Shown here: positions 28,383-36,884 of the stretch, in pieces
How the letters are laid out: each line of letters opens with the position of its first letter
Numbering within the stretch: the first letter of the stretch is position 1
Source of the DNA: Thermoplasmatota archaeon
Lineage (GTDB): Archaea > Thermoplasmatota > Penumbrarchaeia > Penumbrarchaeales > Penumbrarchaeaceae
Assembly: GCA_965234725.1 (NCBI GenBank)
Contig: CBDDUX010000063.1
Coordinates: 15,281-79,280 of the forward strand
Direction: 5' to 3'
Length of the DNA stretch: 64,000 nt
The notes under the pieces: generated by a model
Told to the model about the DNA's origin: nothing
What the model saw: only the letters and a program-made list of their open reading frames with translations
The model's database searches: none
Program-made: the position numbers and the translations under genes

Positions 28383-30824
28383 ATGATCGCATCCAACGAA
28401 CGAAGAAGGGCCAAGTATATCGGCAGGAAAGATGAGCTTGACCTTCTGAACCAAATCCTAGACGAGGTCCGATCCGGTAAAGGAAGGCTTGTCCTTGTTG
28501 CTGGTGAGGCTGGGATAGGAAAGACCAGACTCATCCAGGAAATGAAGGAACAACCTAATTTCTCCGGATTCAACTTCCTTATAGGTAGATGTCTTTATTT
28601 CAAGGATACGGACATATATCTTCCTTTCAAGGAGATGTTCACCCAGTATTCGAATATCATGAAGGACATGAATGCAGAATCCCCATTCTCCCCAAGGATG
28701 GGAGACCAGCGTTATGACATGCTGACATCTCCTGATGGAGATTTCTTACCCATGTCACTAATCCCGGCTGAGATAGACCAGCCAGCACCAGAAGAGGATG
28801 AGATGCGGGTGGAGGGGTTGCTTGAGTTCGATAAACTATCCGATTTCATTTTCAAATTTTCAAAGAGAGGACCTCTTTGTCTTTTCATTGACGATCTTCA
28901 TTGGGCCGATCCTCCATCAATAAAATTCCTCCAGTATCTGGCCCAGAATATTCTGGACCAAACTATTCTAATAATCTGTACATACAGACCTGAAGACCTT
29001 TTCTGCGGTGAGGATGCACCTCATCCTCTTGCGGAACCCTTGAAGAGGCTATCAAGGGACAAACTGTATGTTCCGGTAGAGCTCAAACAGCTCTCAAGGG
29101 AAGAAACGGATAAACTACTGCGGAACATACTCGAGATAGAGAAGGTTCCTCCTACTTTCAGTGAACTGATATTCTCAAGGACCTCTGGTAACCCCTTCTT
29201 CGTAGAGGAGGTCCTGTATTCTCTGCTTGAACGGAATATAATCGATCCACTGACCCCTGATTGGCATAAGAACATAGATCCAGATACGATTTCTCTTCCA
29301 ACGACGCTCAGGGATATCATTCTCAGGAGGATGCATTGGCTCCAGGCCAATTCCATCGCCGTCATCAGATTATCCTCGGTCTCATCCGGGACAAGGATCA
29401 CTTTTGAAGTGATCAAGGATGCATTGAAGATGACGGACGAGGAAGTGCTGGAGGCTATTGAGGAGCTTGTTCAGGCAAAATTCCTCAAAGAGGTCAAGGA
29501 GGATGAAAGCTATGAGTTCGAGAACCCTGTTATTCAAGAGGTCATCTACTCGGAACTCAATCACAGCAGAAGGAAGTTCCTCCATACAAAGATGGCAAAT
29601 GTCCTAGAGGCTAGATTCGCCCAGAATCCCTCTCACTGGGGAAATATCGGCATTCATTTCTACAAAGGAAAGGAATACGAAAAAGCCCTCCATTATCTGA
29701 TCAATGCATCCACCTATTTCCAGAAGGTATCACCACACAAAGCCCTGGAATATCTGCATATGGTACTTTTCTGCATTGAGAAGCTCCCTCAATCGGATTC
29801 GGTCAAGGACCAGAACCTGAAGGTACTTCTGGAGATCTCCAACCTATGCCTTAAGATCTGGGATTGGGACCGTTCAAAGGAATTCGCTGAAAAAGCATTG
29901 AACCTTGCTACAGTGATCCGGAGACCAGTTGAAAGGTTCAAGGCCAAGGTCAATATAGGTGAGATCCTCAGGTTCAAGGGAGAATTCGATAAGGCCCTTG
30001 CCATATACCAGGATATCATCTCATCCACAGGTGATGAGGACTCGGAATCATTCGCAAAGGCTTACATGGGGATCGGCTATGTGAAATGGAAGAGGGGAGA
30101 GTTCCCCAGGGCTCTTGAGATGTTCTCCAAATCCCTGCAATATGCGAAATTGGAAAACAATCTCAACACCATTGGTACCCTATACATAGACATTGGGAAC
30201 GTCTTCAATCATAGAGGTGACATGAAAAAAGCCATCGATTACTACACCAGGGGCATCAGACATCTGGAATCATACGGCAATATCATAGAAGCATCCAGAG
30301 GATACAGTAACATGGGTGGAGTTCACCTTCAACTTGGGGAGATGGAAGAGGCCGAGAAGAACCTGGATATGGCCATCAAGAAGGCAAAGGAGCAGGGTAG
30401 GCAGGAACCATGGTGGCCCATGATACTCAAGATCAAGCTGAGAGCCCTGCAGAACAGATTCAAGGAAGCTGATGATGCATTCGAGAGGGTATCCGAGGAC
30501 CTGAAGGGAAAGGACGATCAGGTCGGTCTTGCATCTTCTTTGATGTATGTCGGTCTATCAAAGACAAGGGAAGGTAAGTATGAAGAGGGAGAGACATTCC
30601 TTGTCAGGGCAATATCCATTTTTGAATCTCTCACAGTTCCGTTCGATCTTGCCCGAACCAAGGATCTATTAGGTGACCTCTATATGAAGAACTCGAAGTT
30701 CGATGAGGCAAAGACCTTTTACAGTGAATCCTACCAGGCATTCAAGGAGATAGGGGCAAAAAGATATGCAGAAGAGGTCCGTGGAAAGCTCCTTGAATTA
30801 AGGGGTGGAGACGGATATATTTAA
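28383..30824 (+). CDS. STAND-type AAA ATPase with C-terminal TPR repeats
   Basis: IGR..E, Walker A GEAGIGKT, Walker B FIDDLHWAD, GNPFFVEE, TPR array. Confidence 0.88.
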   Translation: MIASNERRRAKYIGRKDELDLLNQILDEVRSGKGRLVLVAGEAGIGKTRLIQEMKEQPNFSGFNFLIGRCLYFKDTDIYLPFKEMFTQYSNIMKDMNAESPFSPRMGDQRYDMLTSPDGDFLPMSLIPAEIDQPAPEEDEMRVEGLLEFDKLSDFIFKFSKRGPLCLFIDDLHWADPPSIKFLQYLAQNILDQTILIICTYRPEDLFCGEDAPHPLAEPLKRLSRDKLYVPVELKQLSREETDKLLRNILEIEKVPPTFSELIFSRTSGNPFFVEEVLYSLLERNIIDPLTPDWHKNIDPDTISLPTTLRDIILRRMHWLQANSIAVIRLSSVSSGTRITFEVIKDALKMTDEEVLEAIEELVQAKFLKEVKEDESYEFENPVIQEVIYSELNHSRRKFLHTKMANVLEARFAQNPSHWGNIGIHFYKGKEYEKALHYLINASTYFQKVSPHKALEYLHMVLFCIEKLPQSDSVKDQNLKVLLEISNLCLKIWDWDRSKEFAEKALNLATVIRRPVERFKAKVNIGEILRFKGEFDKALAIYQDIISSTGDEDSESFAKAYMGIGYVKWKRGEFPRALEMFSKSLQYAKLENNLNTIGTLYIDIGNVFNHRGDMKKAIDYYTRGIRHLESYGNIIEASRGYSNMGGVHLQLGEMEEAEKNLDMAIKKAKEQGRQEPWWPMILKIKLRALQNRFKEADDAFERVSEDLKGKDDQVGLASSLMYVGLSKTREGKYEEGETFLVRAISIFESLTVPFDLARTKDLLGDLYMKNSKFDEAKTFYSESYQAFKEIGAKRYAEEVRGKLLELRGGDGYI

Positions 30825-30906
30825 TAAATTCTAACAACAAGTTCAAATCCGGCTCCACCCAGAATACTATCATTAAATGAGATGTAGTTACATCGATAGT
30901 ATAATA

Positions 30907-30922
30907 GGCGCCGGGAGCCGGA
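30907..30922 (-). repeat. Direct copy of tRNA-Ser 3' end (16 bp)
   Basis: GGCGCCGGGAGCCGGA identical to 31020-31035. Confidence 0.9.
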
Positions 30923-31018
30923 CATTCGTAAAAAAGTAAACCCAAGTGATTCTGATCACTTTTTTACTTGCCAGTGATTAATTATTGATTACACGGCTCC
31001 CTTTGATTAGAAAATAAA

Positions 31019-31103
31019 TGGCGCCGGGAGCCGGATTTGAACCGACAAGGGTTGCCCCAGCGGTTTTCGAGACCGCCGCCGTACCAGGTTGAGCCATCCC
31101 GGC
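31019..31103 (-). tRNA. tRNA-Ser(CGA), CCA encoded
   Basis: GCCGGGA/TCCCGGC acceptor stem, anticodon arm GCGGT-CTCGAAA-ACCGC, long variable arm, GGTTCAAATCC T arm; 85 nt. Confidence 0.96.
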
Positions 31104-31522
31104 GTTTAGATTTGCGAATGCACCAGAAACGGCTCAACCTGGTTGACCCGAAGGGTCATTATACCAGGTCGGAGTGTCGAAGGCACTCCCATCCGTGAAC
31201 GGAATTCCCGAAGGGAATTGGGTTCTGAGCTATCCCGGCGTTTAGATTTGCGAATGCACCAGAAACGGCTCAACCTGGTTGACCCGAAGGGTCATTATAC
31301 CAGGTCGGAGTGTCGAAGGCACTCCCATCCGTGAACGGAATTCCCGAAGGGAATTGGGTTCTGAGCTATCCCGGCGTTTAGAATTGCGAATGCACCAGAA
31401 ATAGCTCAACCTGGTTGACCCGTAGGGTCATTTTACCAGGTCGGAGTGTCGAAGACACTCCCATCCGTGAACGGAATTCCCGAAGGGAATTGGGTTCTGA
31501 GCCATCCCGGCGTTTAGAATTG
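31090..31522. repeat. Tandem array of 136-bp hairpin-rich units, each containing the tRNA-Ser 5' 14 nt
   Basis: Units start at 31090, 31226, 31362 plus a 25-bp partial at 31498; 1 difference between units 1 and 2, 6 between units 2 and 3. Confidence 0.97.
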
Positions 31523-31563
31523 AATGAAATTTGCTACGGCGGGTAAGGGGATGAAGTTAAAGG

Positions 31564-31580
31564 GTTTAAAAAGGGTTTTG
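31564..31580 (-). promoter_or_regulatory. Candidate TATA/BRE for the tRNA-Ser locus, upstream of the whole array
   Basis: Minus strand CAAAACCCTTTTTAAAC, about 55 nt upstream of the outermost tRNA 5' fragment; no TATA-like run seen inside the units. Confidence 0.45.
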
Positions 31581-31709
31581 GTCAGGTTCGGCCCTACCTC
31601 CATTAATATTCTGGACCTCCCGAGGATAAAACAATACTATGCTCAATATATTTCTGTCCTTAGTAAACAATATTAACATGGATCAAGTTCCCATCACTGG
31701 GTGTGAACA

Positions 31710-31922
31710 ATGAAAGGTGGATACGTCATCATGGGGATATTCCTCATGGCAACCTCATTTTAATTTCCACTTGGATATCTGATACTTGATCTACTATCAT
31801 TGGGTATTCTTACCGTATTGACACTAGGATTGGATTGGGTTTGCTGCTGTGGATTGAATTCACTTCTCTTCATTATCGGCATGGTTCTCTTTATCGTCGG
31901 TCTTGTAAAAGGTAAGGATTGA
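31710..31922 (+). pseudogene. Small membrane protein interrupted by an in-frame TAA
   Basis: ATG 31710, TAA at 31761-31763, hydrophobic frame continues to TGA 31920-31922. Confidence 0.55.
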
Positions 31923-31950
31923 GGATCAAAATACAGACGTTCTCTTCACT

Positions 31951-32286
31951 TTATGCATACATCATTTCATCGTCATGTTCATCCTTCATCAGGATCTCTT
32001 TCTTCTTCTTACGATCCCTATCCTTGGATTTGTGCTTTACAGCCTTCCTCTGGGTCTCGTCACGACCAAGGAACGTGAAATCGAACCTGTTCATCCTGAT
32101 GAACATCTTGTCAGGGAGCCTTTCTAACTTTATCCATCCCCTTGCCTCCATGCTTTTCAATGTCCTTGCCACATCCCTCGGAGACAAACCAGTCCTTTCG
32201 ATCACTTCTCTGTCATCGATAGGATATCTCTCAAGGATCACCCTCAGGATCTTTGCCTCTATGGACTTGGAATTCACCTGGACCAT
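31951..32286 (-). CDS. Small winged-helix DNA-binding protein
   Basis: GAGGGTGA RBS; EVIERTGLSPRDVARTLKSMEARGWI HTH; basic/acidic tail. Confidence 0.75.
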   Translation of the reverse strand: MVQVNSKSIEAKILRVILERYPIDDREVIERTGLSPRDVARTLKSMEARGWIKLERLPDKMFIRMNRFDFTFLGRDETQRKAVKHKSKDRDRKKKKEILMKDEHDDEMMYA

Positions 32287-32290
32287 ACTG

Positions 32291-33478
32291 TCACCCTCCC
32301 TCAATTGAGAAAGGACCTTTGATAACATCAAGGGGAGCATTGGTCTTGATAATGGTGGGTGAGAACCTGCTTCTTGACCATTTGTGTCCAAACCTCTCGA
32401 TGAATTTTGTTATGGTCTCTATTGATGGGGGAGAGGTCTTGTAATAGCTGGCAGTCTCGTTGATGTCGAAACCTCCAGGAGGAAGGGTCTCTTCGGTGAT
32501 AGCATACCTGAGAATCCTATCTATTGACCTCTTGCTTGCTATCCAATCACCCAGACGATCCTCAAGAACTGACCTGCATTCTTCACAGAATTCTATGTCT
32601 GCAAGGGAGCCGGTCCAGACAGGTCCCATCAATTCCCCTCCGATGATATTCCTGAGAAGCTCATGTGGACTTGCAATAACCTTCGGAGGACCTGGAGGAT
32701 CGTTAATGAGCCATCCTACCGAATCAAGGCTCAGATCAGCCTTTTTCGCACCTCTATCAACTCGAAGATATCCTCTTAAGAAATGATCTGATGAATAAAA
32801 CAGCAGAGGATGGATGGAGATCTCGAAGGATGCCGCCAAACGGGCAATATACCCGAGAAGGACCCGGCAGCCCATTTCCTGCATGAAATCGGTCCTTCCG
32901 ACTTCCACTCCATATCTTCTCCTGGCCACCCGAGACACAGATCCGGTCAGGGCGGCAGTATCAGTAGCAGTTACAGCAAGTATGCCACCCTTTCTAAGGG
33001 AAAGGAGTGAATTCTGCAAGAATGGGACCGGACTGCCATATGGGTCCACATCGATGTAATGGAATCTGCGAGTCCCGCAAAATCCATTCAGGTCTCCCCA
33101 ATGGAAAGCAACTCCCACACCGTTCTTTGTAGCTAGGTTCCTTGCACTTTCTATCGAATCACCTTTCAGATCCACTCCGGTTATTGAAAGGTCAAGATCT
33201 TTGACACCGAGCTCCATAGCGAACCTTACGGCCCTTATTCCAGAGCCAGTGAGGCCGTCCAGGATATCGATGATACCACTATCCCCGAATCTTCCGGTGT
33301 CAATGAGGGTCTGCATGACAACAACAGAGAGATCTCGGTTTTGGACCATTGCAGGATTGTAGAATACTGGCGCTTTCGAACCAGGACCTTTGCTTCCTCC
33401 TGTAGGTGGAGCAATCAGTTCCACCAAACCCTCTTTCCGAGAATCTGCAGTACCGTTCGATCCGGATACATCTGCCAT
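32291..33478 (-). CDS. trm1: tRNA (guanine-26-N2)-dimethyltransferase
   Basis: VFYNPAMVQNRD, GSGIRAVR, DVDPYGSP, TATD. Confidence 0.92.
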   Translation of the reverse strand: MADVSGSNGTADSRKEGLVELIAPPTGGSKGPGSKAPVFYNPAMVQNRDLSVVVMQTLIDTGRFGDSGIIDILDGLTGSGIRAVRFAMELGVKDLDLSITGVDLKGDSIESARNLATKNGVGVAFHWGDLNGFCGTRRFHYIDVDPYGSPVPFLQNSLLSLRKGGILAVTATDTAALTGSVSRVARRRYGVEVGRTDFMQEMGCRVLLGYIARLAASFEISIHPLLFYSSDHFLRGYLRVDRGAKKADLSLDSVGWLINDPPGPPKVIASPHELLRNIIGGELMGPVWTGSLADIEFCEECRSVLEDRLGDWIASKRSIDRILRYAITEETLPPGGFDINETASYYKTSPPSIETITKFIERFGHKWSRSRFSPTIIKTNAPLDVIKGPFSIEGG

Positions 33479-33566
33479 GTGGTGTTATCGAATGTATGGT
33501 TGATAACCTTTACATCGAAACATTGAATATGTATGATCAAATGGCATCTGTGCAGAAGGAATCCAC

Positions 33567-34379
33567 ATGAGCAATATGACATCGAATGGGTCTTCCGGGA
33601 CCGAAGAGGGACCAAAGGGAAAGATAGGCCACACAATAGCGGTAATGAGCGGAAAGGGAGGGGTGGGAAAATCCACCATCGCAACGAACTTGGCAGTCTC
33701 ATTATCAAGGAAGGGAAAGAAGATTGGAATAATCGATGCAGACCTGCATGGGCCGGATATTCCGAAAATGCTCGGACTTGAGGGAGCATTTCCAACAGCG
33801 GATGAAGATGGGAAGATGAATCCAATAATCGTAAACCCCACGCTTTCAGCGATATCTATGGGATTTCTTCTGGAATCGGATGACCAGCCGGTCATCTGGA
33901 GAGGACCTCTTAAGATGGGAGCAATAAAGCAGTTCATTAATGATGTGAACTGGGGCGACCTCGATTTCCTAATAATAGATCTACCTCCGGGGACAGGTGA
34001 TGAAGCGCTTTCCGTCGCTCAGTTGATCCCTGAGAACTCCAACGCGATCATCGTTACCACCCCCCAAGAAGTAGCACTCCTCGATTCAAGGAAAGCTATC
34101 AACTTCGCAAAGAAGCTGGATATGAAAGTATTGGGTGTGGTTGAGAATATGTCAGGAATGGTCTGTCCTCACTGCGGGGAAAGTATCGACCTCTTCGGAA
34201 GGGGTGGAGGAAAGAGAGCCGCGAAAGAACTGGATGTGCCATTTTTGGGTGATGTACCCATCATTCCATCCATGGTCGAGTCAGGAGATAGAGGGAAACC
34301 AGCTGTCTTGGACCAAGGTATTGCATCCACCTCATTGGAGAGGATCGCCGTAGCCGTCCTTGAGAACATAGAGAATTGA
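33567..34379 (+). CDS. Mrp/NBP35 Fe-S cluster carrier ATPase
   Basis: [29 protein letters not shown]. Confidence 0.94.
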   Translation: MSNMTSNGSSGTEEGPKGKIGHTIAVMSGKGGVGKSTIATNLAVSLSRKGKKIGIIDADLHGPDIPKMLGLEGAFPTADEDGKMNPIIVNPTLSAISMGFLLESDDQPVIWRGPLKMGAIKQFINDVNWGDLDFLIIDLPPGTGDEALSVAQLIPENSNAIIVTTPQEVALLDSRKAINFAKKLDMKVLGVVENMSGMVCPHCGESIDLFGRGGGKRAAKELDVPFLGDVPIIPSMVESGDRGKPAVLDQGIASTSLERIAVAVLENIEN

Positions 34380-34380
34380 T

Positions 34381-34692
34381 CTAAGCGTACTCTCTCCATG
34401 TGTTCTTACACTTGGTGCAACGATAAAACCTGGTGGTTGCCTCATCAGCTGACCTTGTCTGCCTTAGATGCCAGTAAGCCCCTATGTTACCACATTTGGG
34501 ACACATGACACTATCATCTATAGGCATGGTATCCAGGTCCTCGAATACGGGTACATCACTGAGATCCTCTTCAAGCTGGGTCCTTACCGGGACCTCAACC
34601 GAACCGTCTATTGGTTTATCGAACCCGCATCGAGGGCATAACAATCTCTCTCCTTCCGGTCTCAGAAGTGATTTGCAGCTTGGACAGAACAT
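34381..34692 (-). CDS. tfs: Transcription factor S (RNAP cleavage factor)
   Basis: MFCPSC...CPRC; CPKC...QTRSADEATTRFYRCTKC. Confidence 0.93.
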   Translation of the reverse strand: MFCPSCKSLLRPEGERLLCPRCGFDKPIDGSVEVPVRTQLEEDLSDVPVFEDLDTMPIDDSVMCPKCGNIGAYWHLRQTRSADEATTRFYRCTKCKNTWREYA

Positions 34693-34827
34693 GGGTGACA
34701 CTCCGATTGTATGCTTAAGTCCGATGGATGTTTTGGATAAATACTTTTTCCAACCAAGGAATACTGGTTCCAATACGATAAAATATCAGTATACTGATGA
34801 ATGTGACCACACAACGGGGATCGGATC

Positions 34828-35025
34828 ATGACAGATTCTAGCGGGTATGTTACCTGTCCAATTTGCGGGAAGGGAATGCTTCTTCCGGTCATGATTGGAG
34901 CGGGAGAGGACAGGGATGTCAAATACAGATGCACGGAACCATCCTGCGGGATAAGGTTCGATAGACACGGATATGAACGGTTCGACGAATCCGTCCAGGA
35001 ATGGAAAAGAGAGGAGGCGGGATAG
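34828..35025 (+). CDS. Small zinc-ribbon protein
   Basis: CPICG...CTEPSC; 65 aa; plausible RBS. Confidence 0.65.
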   Translation: MTDSSGYVTCPICGKGMLLPVMIGAGEDRDVKYRCTEPSCGIRFDRHGYERFDESVQEWKREEAG

Positions 35026-35026
35026 A

Positions 35027-35260
35027 CTGTTCTTCCAAGATCCAGTATTGGAAACCCATGTCCTATCGGATCAGAAACCGATCCTGAAGAGGACAGGGAT
35101 ACTCTGCTCCCACTGCCATAAGGAGATCAGAGGGAAACTCCACAATCTGGGGAACCGGTTCTATGACGATTACTGCTGGTCTCTGAGGTATATCCTCGAA
35201 GCACAGGAATCCGAGATGGAGAGATACCAGGAAATGCGGAAGAAGATGGACAAAGGATAG
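35027..35260 (+). CDS. Small putative zinc-binding protein (start uncertain: CTG 35027 or TTG 35048)
   Basis: CSHC...DDYC motif, coiled C-terminus; AGGAGG at 35012-35017. Confidence 0.5.
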   Translation: MFFQDPVLETHVLSDQKPILKRTGILCSHCHKEIRGKLHNLGNRFYDDYCWSLRYILEAQESEMERYQEMRKKMDKG

Positions 35261-35347
35261 AACTGACATGTTCCTCATGGCCAATTGTTTTATATCTCCC
35301 TTCCATTGTTTCAGAAATATGGTCGGGATCGAAGGTAAGGTGCTGAC

Positions 35348-35875
35348 ATGAAGGTTGTAATAGAGAATATGATCGCTTCATGTGCCGTGGAGGGTGACCT
35401 CAATATTGCCGAGGTTGGAGCGGATCTCCCGGGGGCCAGATATCAACCTGAGGTTTTCAGAGGGGTTACCGTCATAAGAGAGGATCCCGGATACAAATCC
35501 TTCATAATGGAAGATGGGACCATCAAGTTCCATGGACTGACATCGGAGGAGGGCTTGAACGATGCGCTCAAGGACCTCCTATCGGAACCTAGCTTGAAGG
35601 GAGTTCGGTTAAAAGACCCTTTAAGCATTCAGGAGATAATAGCATCAGTTGACCTAGGTGGACCAGTGGATGCTAAATTGATATACGAAGAGTTCAAGGA
35701 TGACGGTGTGATCTACGATCCGTCTGAACTCCCGGGATTCATCCTCAGTGTCGGGAATTCAGGGATCGAGGTACTCATTTTCCCGGAGGGGAAGATCATT
35801 ACAAGAGGGGCCAAGGACATTATGAACGCCGTATCCTCCCTCCAGATGGTACATGGAAGGATATCAGAGAGGTGA
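35348..35875 (+). CDS. Divergent TATA-binding-protein-fold protein
   Basis: Two TBP repeats: ENMIAS..YQPEVFRG..GTI and QEIIAS..YDPSELPG..LIFPEGKIITRGAK. Confidence 0.82.
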   Translation: MKVVIENMIASCAVEGDLNIAEVGADLPGARYQPEVFRGVTVIREDPGYKSFIMEDGTIKFHGLTSEEGLNDALKDLLSEPSLKGVRLKDPLSIQEIIASVDLGGPVDAKLIYEEFKDDGVIYDPSELPGFILSVGNSGIEVLIFPEGKIITRGAKDIMNAVSSLQMVHGRISER

Positions 35876-35882
35876 TCACCCC

Positions 35883-36740
35883 GTGATCAAGGGTCTTCCG
35901 GTGCTAGATGCCCATATCCACCTGGACCCAAAGGGAACTCCTGTTGAGGCTGTTACCAGGTTCAAAGAGGCAGGAGGATCACATCTTATTGTTGTTCATA
36001 AACCATACCATCACCTCAGTGAGACGACATCAGAAGAATATGAAAGGTCCTTCCAGACGACTATCGAGATGTGTGATCTTGCCAGGAGGAATGATGTCTT
36101 AGCCTGGTGTGTCGTCGGTCCATACCCCGGAAGTCTGCCCTATCTTGCAAAAAAAGTAGGTCTGGAGGAAGCGGAAAGTATCCAGATGACTGCCCTTGAA
36201 ACAGCCTTCGATCTTGTGGATGAAGGAACTGTGTTGGGGATCGGTGAAGTGGGAAGGGTACATTTCATGGTGGATGATGAGACTCAAAACGCTTGTGACA
36301 GGGTCCTTAAAAAGGCGATGAAAGGAGCATCTGTAAGGAGCTGCCCGGTGATCCTTCATACTGAATCACCCGGAGATAATCCGGACCTATACCGGCATAT
36401 TGCGGAACTTGCCGATCTTGCCGGTCTCCCTAGACACAGGGTCGTTAAACACTACTCCGGTTGGGAGGGAGCGGTACCTGAGATTGGGCTGGGCATATCG
36501 ATCTCGATGCAGGCCAGGAAGAAGAACATTGAGGTCGCATTGGAAAAGGGGCTTGACTTTCTCCTTGAGACCGATTATATAGATGAAAAGGAGAGACCGG
36601 ATGTTGTGATGCCACCCGATACCGTTCCGAAAAAGATATCCTGGGCTTACAGAAAAGGAATTATCGACCTAGAAATTCACCGAAGATTGATGGTGGACAT
36701 CCCCAGGGAAGTCCTTGGTATAGAAACAAAGGAGGATTGA
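35883..36740 (+). CDS. TatD-family metallohydrolase
   Basis: DAHIH, GIGEVGR, LHTE, VKHY, LETD; GAGGTGA RBS before GTG. Confidence 0.88.
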   Translation: MIKGLPVLDAHIHLDPKGTPVEAVTRFKEAGGSHLIVVHKPYHHLSETTSEEYERSFQTTIEMCDLARRNDVLAWCVVGPYPGSLPYLAKKVGLEEAESIQMTALETAFDLVDEGTVLGIGEVGRVHFMVDDETQNACDRVLKKAMKGASVRSCPVILHTESPGDNPDLYRHIAELADLAGLPRHRVVKHYSGWEGAVPEIGLGISISMQARKKNIEVALEKGLDFLLETDYIDEKERPDVVMPPDTVPKKISWAYRKGIIDLEIHRRLMVDIPREVLGIETKED

Positions 36741-36884
36741 GCGGTTCTCCCAAGCAGATATACTTTTCCTGAAAAGCCAATCAATTTTTGTCTGGCCATA
36801 AGCAAATAATAAATACCATTCGAACGTTTTGAATTTAGAGTCTTCATCTTGCAGGTGAAGTGATTAATAAACAGGGGGCCAGAC

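Noticed and set aside
31143..31334. 63-aa ORF in the array
   Set aside because: Lies wholly in the repeat; the 136-bp period is not a multiple of 3; no RBS.
31226..31511. Split or permuted tRNA genes in the repeat units
   Set aside because: Only 14 nt of tRNA per unit, no anticodon arm or evident bulge-helix-bulge, and an intact gene is adjacent.
31090..31522. CRISPR array
   Set aside because: Units are 136 bp and near-identical throughout, with no unique spacers; no cas genes in the window.
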